Assembly: GCA_965655095.1 (NCBI GenBank)
Contig: OZ296654.1
Span: 38,812,001-38,876,000 of the forward strand
Reading direction: 5' to 3'
Source: Haplodiscus bocki
Taxonomy: Eukaryota
DNA length: 64,000 bases
The notes under the pieces are model-generated. The model had not been told where the DNA came from. It searched no databases and saw only the letters and a list, made by a program, of their open reading frames with translations. The position numbers and the translations under genes are program-made. Below are positions 51,833 to 64,000 of this stretch, piece after piece (position 1 is the first letter of the stretch; each line of letters starts with the position of its first letter).

Positions 51833-53800
51833 ATATTTTTTTTCTTGCGTTGTGCGTTAAAACTGTTTTTCGCCTTGATGAGGGGTACGATCGAGTAAAT
51901 CTAGCTCGGATTTAAATACTCAGAGCCTAAATTGCAATGTAGCGTAGATTGCTCGTCTTCTAAGTCTTGTAAAAGAAAATTGGATGATCATTTTACTTGC
52001 ATTTTTCTTTTAAAATGTTCCTTTATAAATGGTGGAAGTATTGCGTGTCTTCAGCATATGGAAGCACTTTCTGCCTGGCGTTGGCATTCAGGTTAAATTA
52101 AGAACTTTTGCTGGCTGATAAATATTCAACTTGAAAAATCTCTTGTTGCGTTGCTCCTTTGAAATATCGTGTGCGCTCGTATTTGTGTTTACCAATACGA
52201 AAAGTTTTGATTTTTAACGAAGAGTTGAAGGTGCCTTTGTTGTTCCATTAAATTGTTTTCTAATTGACTTCTGGACAGTTTTGGTCCATTCAGCGCCGTT
52301 GCCGTCAATTTTGTCTTGACAGGCTGTAGACAAGCCTGTTCTTGAATTTTTTGCCAAGGGTCTCGAAGTGGAATGAAGGAATACTGAAGATGACTCTTCT
52401 GTTGTTCTTCGATTAAAATTATTCGCTTCAGAGACCGGTGGTCGGGCTGGTTCCATAGATCGCTGAATCAACCACTGGTAGCCTATGTTTTCTTTAATTT
52501 GGGGGAATGGATTCGAATGAAGTGACAACTTCGGTAAAGATTAAGTTCGAATCCGAGTTCGTGTATATTTCTGTTTTTTTTTTAACGAGATAATTAGTTT
52601 TGCGAGTGTATAGGAAGCAGAGTGGAGCTTCGCCACTGTAGGAAAAAATGGGAAAAGGTATATTTGTACAAAATCCACCGTCCTCTTAAGGCATAGAATG
52701 AAATTCCCCCTTGACTTTTGGTATGGAACAGCCTAAAAAATACTGTCGTAATCAGGCCCCCTGTGGTGGCCGCGGTATGGAGTACATCGTGGTTACCGGC
52801 TTGTTGGCTCTGACGTGGAGCTCTCGAACGTGTGCTTGGATGTTACAGTGGTGAAGTATGTTGGTACCACCTGCGGACATCTGAACGTATTTCGCTTAAA
52901 AGTAGGTTTAGCGACCGACCTCTTCCAGTCATTGACATCCAGTGCTCAAATATCCGTCGCCGCGGGCGGCATTCGCTTTTGTCAGACTACAACTCTTTGT
53001 AGTACAGACACAGTTATGGGTTCTTTGGCAATCAATTTTTTTCGGATTATTTTAAGCGGGGTTAACTTCTTCATGATTGCTTGTTTTAGTTGTTTCCATT
53101 TCGCACTTGTGTTTTTTTCGATGAAAATTTAATATTGATTCATCATTGCGACCAGGAACACGAGCATCTTTGGCAAGCGCTGTGATGATGACTACTTTCC
53201 TGCATGCAATCGGCATGTAATCTAGATTTTCCATCCTCGTCACTATAAGTATATGGCAAACTCTCAAATAGCTGAGGGTTTCACCATTTCAATTTTCCTC
53301 TTGACGCATGCTCAGTCGGTTTGGGAAAAGTTAGGGGAAAGTTCGTTTCAAAATAAAAGCGTCGTGCCACAAGGGTGACTTTTTATGGACAGTTAACTGC
53401 CATAAATTTTTTTGACAAGATAACGACTATTCCAACCGTTTGAGCTAAAAAAAAAACAGCACATAGTTAGAAACTACCTGTCTAGCGCCATCATCCTTCA
53501 AGACATGACATAATTTTCATTTTTCTTCTAATATCTGAAAAATTGAGTTTGTTCTCAGTAGTACTTTGGGTCAATTTTCTTGGAGCGTAATACTGATGTT
53601 ATTAAACCTGGGTTTTAGCTTTAACGACTTTGTGAGATAATAATATTTTTTCTTGTGGTCTTTTCAGAATGTAGTTTTTTCAGGATTCTCTCTATCTGGG
53701 ACTTTTGAACACAACAGGAACAAGAAAAGATCAATTGGAAAACTAATGACAAGCTCTATGTAGAGAAGCAGTTTTTGCATAAAGATCGCATTCTTTCTCA

Positions 53801-54160
53801 TCAAAAGAAGTTTTGAGAGTTCAGTTTCTTGAGTGCCATAACGCTTGTTCTGATCAGGTTTACATGACGCTTTTGATGCTCACCAGTGATGGTTACCACA
53901 CAGTCTTTAATGCCTGCAATGATGAGCATATTCTTCAAAATGGTTGGAGTAGTCGAAAGACCGGCTCCAGCAGGTTCCGGTTATAGAGTTACTTTGATCT
54001 GACGATGCTTCGCTTGAACAGTGAAAAGAACTATGTCCACATTTGAAGGATCCCAATTTCCTCTGATGATTCTGAACCTTGTGCAAAATGCTTTGCTAGT
54101 TGCGCCGGAGGCTGCCCTGGATCTCGATTTTTTTTATCTTCTCGCCGTATCCTAGTAAGA
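53801..54160 (-). pseudogene. uS5/RPS2-like fragment
   Basis: Homologous to the other copies; internal stop at ~53982. Confidence 0.75.
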
Positions 54161-55605
54161 TGGCGCAGGAAGTGGTCTGTTTTCTTTGCTTCTCTATCAA
54201 CGAATTTCTTCATCTGACTAACATGAAAAGGATTTTGCAATGTCGAAAAGCAAGATAAGCAACAGCTAGTGGTTTCTCTCATACGTGCTGCACATTTTTG
54301 TTTTGCATTTCGATTCCAAAGGTGGGAGTTCAGCTTTAGGGGTACTGGAGCCTAAAAAATCCGGGAGTTTTTTGGGCAAAATTTTCAGTACGCGGGCCGC
54401 TCTTTTCCTGAAGCTTACTCGATCCAGGGAAGCACTCAAAGATTCAGAAACATCTCATCGATATCTTCAAGACAGTTTTGCTTGGGAGGGGAGTTTTAAA
54501 TACTTGTGTCTCTACTAGTTGTGTTGCCGCTTAAATCATTCAGCATTTGCTGCTGAAAATTTTCATCTTGGTCAGCGATGCCGGTGGAGTTGTTTTTGTT
54601 CTCCAGCGTTGAATTAGTGAGATAAATTCATACAAAGTTTTTGAGAAACTTCGGAAATTTTTCCCGGTTAGAAGGAGCCTTTTGCAATTAAGTGAGATGA
54701 ATGGTAGAAAGCGCTTCGTTCTAAATGGAAGTTGATTTTTTTTTGTTGGAAAGGGTAGATTGAACGGAGAGGTGAATATTCAGGAGAAATGGAGGTTAGC
54801 GATTCCAAATTAGACCGGGTACGAGAGCTTCACGATATGAACTAAGGAATGTGATACACAGGAAAACTTAGTAGGTCGATAGGGTTATCCGGAGACCTTC
54901 GTAGGTAGAGAGATTGCACAAGGAGGAAGATGGATATAGATGAGAGAGGTAGAGTAGAAAGATACAAAAGAAAAATACAGCAAAAAAGAGGAGGCGGAAA
55001 AAAAGAGATAGGCAGATTAAGACTGAGACTTGATTCCTTTATAAAAAAAGTGTTTTAATTTTTTGCAGTTTTCAAGAACTCGGTTTACCGAGATTTTCAC
55101 ATTTCTTGAGAAAATCAAATTTTAGAGAGTTTCTCCAAGAAGGCGCTCTAAGTTAAGCTTAACTCTTACGAGTACGACCCAGGATGCGCACATGCTGAGT
55201 CTCGAAATTCTTGAAAAGCGCAGTTTTTGATAGAATATCAGCGTTTACTTCAACTGTGAGTGAAAACAATTTTCCCCGAAGATAGTAATCAAAGCTTACT
55301 CTTATGTGGTACAACTTCAGCTGTCCTGGGCCGAGTCTCCAAGGAAATCAAGTTGGTCTGACAGTGTGATGACTGAGTTAGAGACACTTTCTGGGCATCG
55401 AAATCATTAACTTTCGATTAGGCCTTTTTCTGAAAAAAGAAAAAGGGCCGGATTGTTATTAGCTTTCTTTTCATTCGATTTTGCCTTGATCGCACGGCAT
55501 ACTGTGGTAAATGTTGAAAGCAAGATTTCGCGGGCCAATGCTATTTTACCCTTGAAGTTTTCATAGAAACAATTTAGGTGGGTAGAAAAGATTCTTGGAA
55601 AATAA

Positions 55606-56195
55606 TTAATCCGTTTCACATAGCTTTCTTTTTCGCTTTTTAATGGTACCGTTAAAACCACTTCTAACATAACGTATTGCTGCTAGCAATGGTTTCAGGA
55701 AACCCTCCTTTGTCATTTGCATTTTGTCATGTTTAAAGCTATGTTTTGTCTGCTCACTTTTTGTGGCTCGGAAGTAAGATACACCTGTCTCATCAAAAGT
55801 TTTCAGCAAACCCTTCTCTGGTTCTCCCCATTTGGGACGACGCCCAATCATCGTCACAAGACGCTCTTGTTTTGTCGCCAATTCAACTTCAAGGTTTTTC
55901 AGAAAATCAGTAATTTGAAAGCTCATATTGAGCGAACTCTCATATACGGTCCTCGTCTTTTAGGGAGTTTAATACAACGTCACAGTAAATTATGATCGTT
56001 TAAGGCTTTCGAATATCCAGTTTTGAGTCAAAAACAGTTTTCAATGTTTTCCACTGGACAAATTGGCGAATTTTGAATCGCGAACAAAAATACCACTCAA
56101 CATCATCGTACAGAGAATCAGCAACCTCATGAAAAAATTTTCCCTTAGAGGCAGCTTTGATGAAAGTCATCTCCCCTTCAACAGAACCCCACAAT
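55606..56195 (-). pseudogene. SGNH/GDSL esterase-like domain remnant in array 2 (also ~58845-59432, 61978-62565)
   Basis: TFIKAAS..TIIIYCDVVLNSL..LVTMIGRRPKW..FKHDKMQMTKEGF (His replaced by Gln in this lineage). Confidence 0.45.
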
Positions 56196-56634
56196 GTACA
56201 TGAACATATAAATGTACTTACATATATACACACACACAAACCTATACATATACATTTGCATATACACAGATATACATATACACATATATACATATATAAA
56301 TAAGTCCATATACACATATATGCCTACACACATATACACTTATACACAAATACCTATATGCACATATACACATATACAATTAAACACATACATAAATATA
56401 GATATACACATACTTATAGGTATACTTATTCATATACAAATACATCTACATATAGGTAAACATATACAGAAACATATACATCTATGTATACGTAAACGTA
56501 TACATATACATATACATACAGACATACATATATATACATACATGTACCTATACCTTTATGTAAACAAATAGACATATGCACAAATACAGATGTACAAATT
56601 TACCTATATATCTATATATAAATATAAATATACT
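56194..56634. repeat. Degenerate (TACATA)n microsatellite
   Basis: Direct inspection. Confidence 0.95.
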
Positions 56635-57092
56635 GGGATACTGTGCGGTTCCAGGAACACCACAAGGGTGACTTTTTATAGACATTTAACTGCCATCTAT
56701 TTTTATGATAAGATAACGACTTCCGACCGTTTCGTTTGAGTTAAAAAAAACAGCACATAATTAGAAACTACGTGTCTAGCGCCATCATCCTTCAAGAGAT
56801 GACATATTTTTTCATTTTTTTTCTATTATCTGAAAAATTGAGTTTTTTCTCAGTAGTACTTTGGGTCAATTCTCTTCGAGGGTAATTCTGATGTTACCAA
56901 GCCTGAGTTTTAGCTTTAACGACTTTGTTAGATAATTATATTTTCTTGTAGTTTTTTCAGAATGTAGTCTTTTCAGAGTTCTCTCTGTCTGGGACTTTTG
57001 AACAAAACAGGAACAAGGGAAGATCAATTGGAAAACTAATGACAAGCTCTATGTAGAGAAGCAGTATTTGCATAAAGATCGCATTCTTTCAC

Positions 57093-57453
57093 ATGAAAAT
57101 AAGTTTTTAGAGTTCAGTTTCTTGAGTGCCATAACGCTTGTTCTGATCAGGTTTACATGACGCTTTTGATGCTCCCCAGTGATGGTTATCAAACAGTCTT
57201 TAATGCCCGCAATGATGAGCATCTTCTTCAAAATGGTTGGAGTAGTCGACAGACCGGCTCCAGCAGGGGCCGGTTTTAGAGTTACTTCGATCTAACGATG
57301 CTTCGCTTGAACAGTGAAAGAAACTCTGTCCACATTTGAAAGATCCCAATTTCCTCTGATGATTCTGAACCTTGTGCAAAATGCTTTGCTAGTTGCGCCA
57401 GAGGCCGCCCTGGATCTCGTTTTTTTTTATCTTCTCGGCGTATCCAAGTAAGA
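57093..57453 (-). pseudogene. uS5/RPS2-like fragment
   Basis: ORF 57049-57231 KKMLIIAGIKDC; internal stop upstream. Confidence 0.75.
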
Positions 57454-59432
57454 TGGCGCAGGAAGTGGTCTGTTTTCTTTGCTTCTCTATCAGCGAATTT
57501 CTTCATCTCACTAACATGAAAAGGATTTTCCAAGGTCAGAAAGCAAAATAAGCAAAAGCTAGTGGTTTCTCTCAAGTGCTGCACATTTTTGTTTTGCATT
57601 CCGATTCCAAAGGTGTGAGTTCAGCTTTAGGGGTACTGGAGCCTAAAAATTCCGGGAGTTTTTTGGGCAAAAATTTCAGTACGCGGGCCGTTCTTTTTCT
57701 GAAGCTTACTCGATCCAAGGAAGCACTCAAAGATTCAGAAACATCTCATCGATATCTTCAAGACAGTTTTGCTTGGGAGGGGAGTTTTAAATACTTGTGT
57801 CTCTACTAGTTGTGTTGCCGTTTAATTCATTCAGCATTTCCTGCTGAAAATTTGCATCTTGGTCAGCGATGTCGGTGGAATTGTTTTTGTTCTCCATCGT
57901 TGAATTAGTGAGATAAATTCATACAAAGTTTTTGAGAAACTTCGGAAATTTTTCCCGGTTAGAAGGAGCCTTTTGCAATAAAATGAGATGAATGGTAGAA
58001 AGCGCTTCGTTCTAAATGGAAGTTGAATTTTTTTGTTGGAAACGGTAGATTGACCGGAGAGGTGAATATTCAGGAGAAATGGAGGTTAGCGATTCCAAAT
58101 TAGAACGGGTACGAGAGCTTCACGACATGAACTAAGGAGTGTGATACACAGGAAAACTTAGTAGGTCGATAGGGTTATCCAGAGACCTTCGTAGGTAGAG
58201 AGATTGCACAATGAGTAAGACGGAAATATATAGAGAGGGAGAATGGAAAGATACAAAAAAATACGGCGAGAAAGAGGTGGTAGAAAAAAAAGAGATAGGC
58301 AGATAGAGACTGAGATTTGATTCCTTTTTAAAAAAATTGTTTTGATTTTTTGCAGTTTTCAAGATCTCGGTTTTTCGAGATTTTCACAATTTTTGAGAAA
58401 TTCAGATTTTAGAAAGTTTTTCCAAAAAGGTGCTCTGAGTTAAGCTCAAGTCTTACTGGTACAACCCAGGATGCGCACATGCTGAGTCTCGAAATTCTTG
58501 GAAAGCGCAGTTTTTGATAGAATATCAGCGTTTAGTTCAACTGTGAGTGAAAACAATTTTCCCCGAAGATAGTAATCAAAGCTTACTCTTATGTGGTACA
58601 ACTTCAGCTGTCCTGGGCCGAGTCTCCAAGGAAATCAAGTTGGTCTGACAGTGTGATGACTGAGTTAGAGACACTTTCTGGGCATCGAAATCATTGACTT
58701 TCGATAGGGCCTTTTTCTGAAAATAGAAAAAGGGCCGGATTGTTATTAGCTTTCCTTTCAATCGATTTTGCCTTGATCGCACGGCATACCTTGAAGTTTT
58801 CATAGAAACAATTTAGGTGGGTAGAAAAGATTCTTGGAAAATAATTAATCCGTTTCACATAGCTTTCTTTTTCGCTTTTTAATGGGACCGTTAAAACCAC
58901 TTCTAACATAACGTATTGCTGCTAGCAATGGTTTCAGGAAACCCTCCTTTGTCATTTGCATTTTGTCATGTTTAAAGCTATGTTTTGTCTCCTCACTTTT
59001 TGTGGCTCGGAAGTAAGATACACCTGTCTCATCAAAAGTTTTCAGCAAACCTTTCTCTGGTTGTCCCCATTTGGGACGACGCCCAATCATCGTCACAAGA
59101 CGCTCTCGTTTTGTCGCCAATTCAACTTCAAAGTTTTTCAGAAAATCAGTAATTTGAAAGCTCATATTGAGCGAACTCTCTCATATACGGTCCTCGTCTT
59201 TTAGGGAGTTTAATACAACGTCACAGTAAATTATGATCGTTTAAGGTTTTCGATTATCCAGTTTTGAGTCAAAAGTAGTTTTCAATGTTTTCCACTGGAC
59301 AAAGTGGCGCATATTTAATCGCGAACCAAAATACCACTGAACATCATCGTTCAGAGAATCAGTACCTCATGAACAAACTTTCCGTTAGATGCAGCTTTGA
59401 TGAAAGTCATCTCCCCGTCAACAGAACCCCAC

Positions 59433-59763
59433 AATGTACATGTACATATAAATGTACTTACATATATACACACACACAAACCTATACATATACATTTGCA
59501 TATACACAGATATACATATACACATATATACACATATAAATAAGTCCATATACCCATATATGCCTACACACATAAACACTTGTACGCATATACACGAATA
59601 CCTATATGCACATATATACATATAAAAATAAACACATACATAAATATAGATATACACATACTTATAGGTATACTTATTCATATACATATACATCTACATA
59701 GACATATGCACAAATACAGATGTACAAATTTACCTATATATCTATATATAAATATAAATATAC
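59433..59763. repeat. Degenerate (TACATA)n microsatellite, shortened
   Basis: Direct inspection. Confidence 0.95.
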
Positions 59764-60225
59764 TGGGATACTGTGCGGTTCCAGGAACACCACAAGGGTG
59801 ACTTTTTATAGACATTTAACTGCCATCTATTTTTTTGATAAGATAACGACTATTCTGACCGTTTCGTTTGAGTTAAGAAAAAACAGCACATAATTAGAAA
59901 CTACCTGTCTAGCGCCATCATCCTTCAAGAGATGACATATTTTTCCATTTTTTTCTAATATCTGCAAAATTGAGTTTGTTCTCAGTAGTACTTTGGGTCA
60001 ATTCTCTGCGAGGGTAATTCTGATGTTACTAAGTCTGAGTTTTAGCTTTAACGACTTTGTGAGATAATTATATTTTCTTGTGGTCTTTTCAGAATGTAGT
60101 ATTTTCAGAGTTCTCTCTGTCTGGGACTTTTGAACAGAACAGGAACAAGGGAAGATCAATTGGAAAACTAATGACAATCTCTATGTAGAGAAGCAGTATT
60201 TGCATAAAGATCGCATTCTTTCACA

Positions 60226-60584
60226 TCAAAAGAAGTTTTGAGAGTTCAGTTTGTTGAGTGCCATAACGCTTGTTCTGATCAGGTTTACATGACGCTTTTG
60301 ATGCTCACCAGTGATGGTTACGAAACAGTCTTTAATGCCTGCAATGATGAGAATCTTCTTGAAAATGGTTGGAGTAGTCGACAGACCGGCTCCAGCAGGG
60401 GCCGGTTTTAGAGTTACTTTGATCTGACGATGCTTCGGTTGAACAGTGGAAGGAACTGTGTCCACAATTGAAGGATCCCAATTTCCTCTGATGATTCTGA
60501 ACCTTTTGCAAAATGCTTTGCTAGTTGCGCCGGAGGCTGCCCTGGATCTCGATTTTTTTATCTTCTCGGCGTATCCAAGTAAGA
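60226..60584 (-). pseudogene. uS5/RPS2-like fragment, frame open from junction to stop (~118 codons)
   Basis: LGYAEKIKKSRSRAASGATSKAFCKRFRIIRGNWDPSIVDTVPSTVQPKHRQIKVTLKPAPAGAGLSTTPTIFKKILIIAGIKDCF... Confidence 0.82.
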
Positions 60585-62565
60585 TGGCGCAGGAAGTGGT
60601 CTGTTTTCTTTGCTTCTCTATCAGCGAATTTCTTCATCTCACTAACATGAAAAGGATTTTCCAAGGTCAGAAAGCAAAATCAGCAAAAGCTAGTGGTTTC
60701 TCTCAAGTGCTGCACATTTTTGTTTTGCATTCCGATTCCAAAGGTGTGAGTTCAGCTTTAGGGGTACTGGAGCCTAAAAGTTCCAGGAGTTTTTTGGGCA
60801 AAAATTTCAGTACGCGGGCCGTTCTTTTCCTGAAGCTTACTCGATCCAAGGAAGCACTCAAAGATTCAGAAACATCTCATCGATATCTTCAAGACAGTTT
60901 TGCTTGGGAGGGGAGTTTTAAATACTTGTGTCTCTACTAGTTGTGTTGCCGTTTATTTCATTCAGCATTTCCTGCTGAAAATTAGCATATTGGTCAGCGA
61001 TGTCGGTGGACTTGTTTTTGTTCTCCATCGTTGATTTTTTGAGATATTTTTATACAAAGTTTTTGAGAAACTTCGGAAAATTTTCACGGTTAGAAGGAGT
61101 CCTTTGCAATTAAATGAGATGAATGGTAGAAAGCGCTTCGTTCTGAATAGAAGTTGAATTGTTTTTTGTTTGAAATGGTAGATTGACCGGAGAGGTGAAT
61201 TTTCAGTAGAAATGGAGGTTAGCGATTCCAAATTAGACCGGGTACGAGAGCTTCACGATATGAACTAAGGAATGTGATACACAGGAAAACTTAGTAGGTC
61301 GATAGGGTTATCCAGAGACCTTCGTAGGTAGAGAGATTGCACAAGGAGTAAGACGGAAATATATAGAGAGGGAGAATGGAAAGATACAAAAAAATACGGC
61401 AAGAAAGAGGTGGTAGAAAAAAAAGAAATAGGCAGATAGAGACTGAGATTTGATTCCTTTTTAAAAAAATTGTTTTGATTTTTTGCAGTTTTCAAGATCT
61501 CGGTTTTTCGAGATTTTCACAATTTTTGAGAAATTCAGATTTTAGAAAGTTTTTCCAAAAAGGTGCTCTGAGTTAAGCTCAAGTCTTACTGGTACAACCC
61601 AGGATGCGCACATGCTGAGTCTCGAAATTCTTGGAAAGCGCAGTTTTTGATAGAATATCAGCGTTTAGTTCAACTGTGAGTGAAAACAATTTTCCCCGAA
61701 GATAGTAATCAAAGCTTACTCTTATGTGGTACAACTTCAGCTGTCCTGGGCCGAGTCTCCAAGGAAATCAAGTTGGTCTGACAGTGTGATGACTGAGTTA
61801 GAGACACTTTCTGGGCATCGAAATCATTGACTTTCGATAGGGCCTTTTTCTGAAAATAGAAAAAGGGCCGGATTGTTATTAGCTTTCCTTTCAATCGATT
61901 TTGCCTTGATCGCACGGCATACCTTGAAGTTTTCATAGAAACAATTTAGGTGGGTAGAAAAGATTCTTGGAAAATAATTAATCCGTTTCACATAGCTTTC
62001 TTTTTCGCTTTTTAATGGGACCGTTAAAACCACTTCTAACATAACGTATTGCTGCTAGCAATGGTTTCAGGAAACCCTCCTTTGTCATTTGCATTTTGTC
62101 ATGTTTAAAGCTATGTTTTGTCTCCTCACTTTTTGTGGCTCGGAAGTAAGATACACCTGTCTCATCAAAAGTTTTCAGCAAACCTTTCTCTGGTTGTCCC
62201 CATTTGGGACGACGCCCAATCATCGTCACAAGACGCTCTCGTTTTGTCGCCAATTCAACTTCAAAGTTTTTCAGAAAATCAGTAATTTGAAAGCTCATAT
62301 TGAGCGAACTCTCTCATATACGGTCCTCGTCTTTTAGGGAGTTTAATACAACGTCACAGTAAATTATGATCGTTTAAGGCTTTCGATTTTCCAGTTTTGA
62401 GTCAAAAGTAGTTTTCAATGTTTTCCACTGGACAAAGTGGCGCATATTTAATCGCGAACCAAAACACCACTGAACATCATCGTTCAGAGAATCAGTACCT
62501 CATGAACAAACTTTCCGTTAGATGCAGCTTTGATGAAAGTCATCTCCCCGTCAACAGAACCCCAC

Positions 62566-62896
62566 AATGTACATGTACATATAAATGTACTTACATATAC
62601 ACACACACACAAACCTATACATATACATTTGCATATACACAGATATACATATACACATATATACATATATAAATAAGTCCATATACCCATATATGCCTAC
62701 ACACATAAACACTTGTACGCATATACACAAATACCTATATGCACATATATACATATAAAAATAAACACATACATAAATATAGATATACACATACTTATAG
62801 GTATACTTATTCATATACATATACATCTACATAGACATATGCACAAATACAGATGTACAAATTTACCTATATATCTATATATAAATATAAATATAC
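62566..62896. repeat. Degenerate (TACATA)n microsatellite, shortened
   Basis: Direct inspection. Confidence 0.95.
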
Positions 62897-63360
62897 TGGG
62901 ATACTGTGCGGTTCCAGGAACACCACAAGGGTGACTTTTTATAGACATTTAACTGCCATCTATTTTTTTGATAAGATAACGACTATTCCGACCGTTTCGT
63001 TTGAGTTAAAAAAAAAACAGCACATAATTAGAAACTACCTGTCTAGCACCATCATCCTTCAAGAGATGACATATTTTTTCATTTTTTTTCTAATATCTGC
63101 AAAATTGAGTTTGTTCTCAGTAGTACTTTGGGTCAATTCTCTTCGAGGGTAATTCTGATGTTACTAAGCCTGAGTTTTAGCCTTAACGACTTTGTGAGAT
63201 AATTATATTTTCTTGTGGTCTTTTCAGAATGTAGTCTTTTCAGAGTTCTCTCTGTCTGGGACTTTTGAACAAAACAGGAACAAGGGAAGATCAATTGGAA
63301 AACTAATGACAAGCTCTATGTAGAGAAGCAGTATTTGCATAAAGATCGCATTCTTTCACA

Positions 63361-63719
63361 TCAAAAGAAGTTTTTAGAGTTCAGTTTCTTGAGTGCCATA
63401 ACGCTTGTTCTGATCAGGTTTACATGACGCTTTTGATGCTCCCCAGTGATGGTTATCAAACAGTCTTTAATGCGCGCAATGATGAGCATCTGCTTCAAAA
63501 TGGTTGGAGTAGTCGACAGACCGGCTCCAGCAGGGGCCGGTTTTAGAGTTACTTTGATCTAACGATGCTTCGCTTGAACAGTGAAAGAAACTCTGTCCAC
63601 ATTTGAAAGATCCCAATTTCCTCTGATGATTCTGAACCTTGTGCAAAATGCTTTGCTAATTGCGCCAGAGGCCGCCCTGGATCTCGTTTTTTTTATCTTC
63701 TCAGCGTATCCAAGTAAGA
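63361..63719 (-). pseudogene. uS5/RPS2-like fragment
   Basis: Homologous to the other copies; internal TAG at ~63559. Confidence 0.75.
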
Positions 63720-64000
63720 TGGCGCAGGAAGTGGTCTGTTTTCTTTGCTTCTCTATCAGCGAATTTCTTCATCTCACTAACATGAAAAGGATTTTCCAAG
63801 GTCAGAAAGCAAAATAAGCAAAAGCTAGTGGTTTCTCTCAAGTGCTGCACATTTTTGTTTTGCATTCCGATTCCAAAGGTGTGAGTTCAGCTTTAGGGGT
63901 ACTGGAGCCTAAAAGTTCCAGGAGTTTTTTGGGCAAAAATTTCAGTACGCGGGCCGTTCTTTTCCTGAAGCTTACTCGATCCAAGGAAGCACTCAAAGAT

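Larger units (their letters stand above)
53367..64000. repeat. Macrosatellite array 2 (same unit family, more diverged), runs off the window
   Basis: Partial unit 53367-54156; unit starts at 54157, 57450, 60581, 63716 (3293, 3131, 3135 bp). Confidence 0.96.

Noticed and set aside
60446-60940. 164-aa plus-strand ORF and related ORFs (MRRRLPW..., MEVELFF..., MHFVTFK...)
   Set aside because: Mostly antisense shadows of minus-strand remnants; no recognisable motifs, and the frames are not conserved across units.
14992-64000. rDNA, 5S, histone or snRNA tandem gene cluster; CRISPR array
   Set aside because: No rRNA, histone or snRNA motifs recognised in the unit; no short repeat-spacer structure; context is eukaryotic.

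Overview
AT-rich eukaryotic (probably invertebrate) repeat-dominated DNA with no intact host gene. 1-2.5 kb is unassignable decayed sequence; 2.5-3.7 kb is a degenerate ~360-bp tandem repeat; 3.74-9.3 kb is a 5'-truncated, decayed Ty3/Gypsy LTR retroelement (RT, RNase H, partial integrase) with an env-like ORF whose N-terminal Cys/His pattern resembles chuvirus-type glycoproteins. Two tandem tRNA-like (SINE-head) motifs lie at 11.8-11.96 kb. From 14,992 to the end the window is mostly a macrosatellite: array 1 (14,992-49,478; 12 units, ~3.29-kb long and ~2.45-kb short, order L S S S S L S L S L L L) and array 2 (53,367 to >64,000; ~3.1-3.3-kb units). Each array is preceded by a copy of the same 1.65-kb segment. 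The unit is built from protein-coding remnants, all on the minus strand: a strongly diverged, intronless cytosolic-type ribosomal protein uS5/RPS2 homologue (16 copies; near full-length only at 49,122-49,613), an SGNH/GDSL-esterase-like domain, a BED-type zinc-finger ORF, and a (TACATA)-type microsatellite. Both parental flanks of the unit junction survive at the edges of array 1, showing a duplication through a 4-bp AAGA microhomology. Best candidate for novelty: a gene-carrying, probably mobile, module with a divergent ribosomal-protein paralogue that has been amplified into a satellite. All family assignments are by eye from remembered motifs; no searches were run.
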